Shown: positions 63,851 to 64,000 of the stretch, piece after piece | Layout of the letters: each line of letters opens with the position of its first letter | Numbering within the stretch: position 1 is the first letter of the stretch | NCBI RefSeq assembly: GCF_009914755.1 | Contig: NC_060925.1 | Source of the DNA: the human T2T-CHM13v2.0 reference genome, Homo sapiens | DNA length: 64,000 nt | Direction: 5' to 3' (one strand) | Notes under the pieces: generated by a model | Seen by the model: the letters and a program-made list of their open reading frames with translations, nothing else | The model's database searches: none | Told to the model about the DNA's origin: nothing | Translations under genes and position numbers: made by a program

Positions 63851-64000
63851 CTGGAAAAGGAGGAAAAAGTAAAGAATAAGCCAGGGGAAATCAGACACAA
63901 CAGAGCCCCAACTAGGTTTCATGGGTAGCATAAGGAAGTGGTTGAAAAAGTAAAAGGAGAGATCCATTAATGAGGTAACAAATTATTGCCTTCATGTTGG

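Larger units (their letters stand above)
38830..64000. repeat. Tandem macro-repeat, period 4713-4716 bp, made of three diverged ~1.55-kb subunits
   Basis: Equivalent ORFs start at 40068, 44784, 49497, 54210, 58925, 63640 (spacings 4716, 4713, 4713, 4715, 4715). Confidence 0.99.

Noticed and set aside
38830-64000. CRISPR-like or prokaryotic repeat system
   Set aside because: Eukaryotic exon-intron tandem duplication; no short repeat-spacer structure and no cas genes

Overview
Primate (most likely human) segmental-duplication DNA from the chromosome 1 NBPF/U1/tRNA clusters. The protein signatures and gene neighbours point to 1p36.13 (NBPF1-type) rather than 1q21; this placement rests on recall, not a search. 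The left ~36 kb is a repeat-rich mosaic. It holds an intact canonical-sequence U1 snRNA gene with PSE, DSE and 3' box, a FAM231-family ORF, an intact tRNA-Gly(CCC), decayed tRNA-Val/Gln/Asn copies, a three-exon PDE4DIP pseudogene fragment with in-frame stops, and Alu/L1/ERV/MaLR elements. The right ~27 kb is the 3' end of an NBPF gene on the minus strand: 3' UTR, CON3 Olduvai (DUF1220) domain, and five complete plus one partial ~4.71-kb HLS1-HLS2-HLS3 triplets, each splicing in frame to 245 aa. No wholly new gene system is evident. The most notable items are: a triplet expansion with NBPF1-type residues in every unit; a polybasic furin/NLS-type linker made by reading an internal 31-nt duplication in two frames; a traceable junction that created the triplet; mosaic variant patterns among units; and a latent CON3-like tail in every HLS2 intron. 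Most listed ORFs are spurious.
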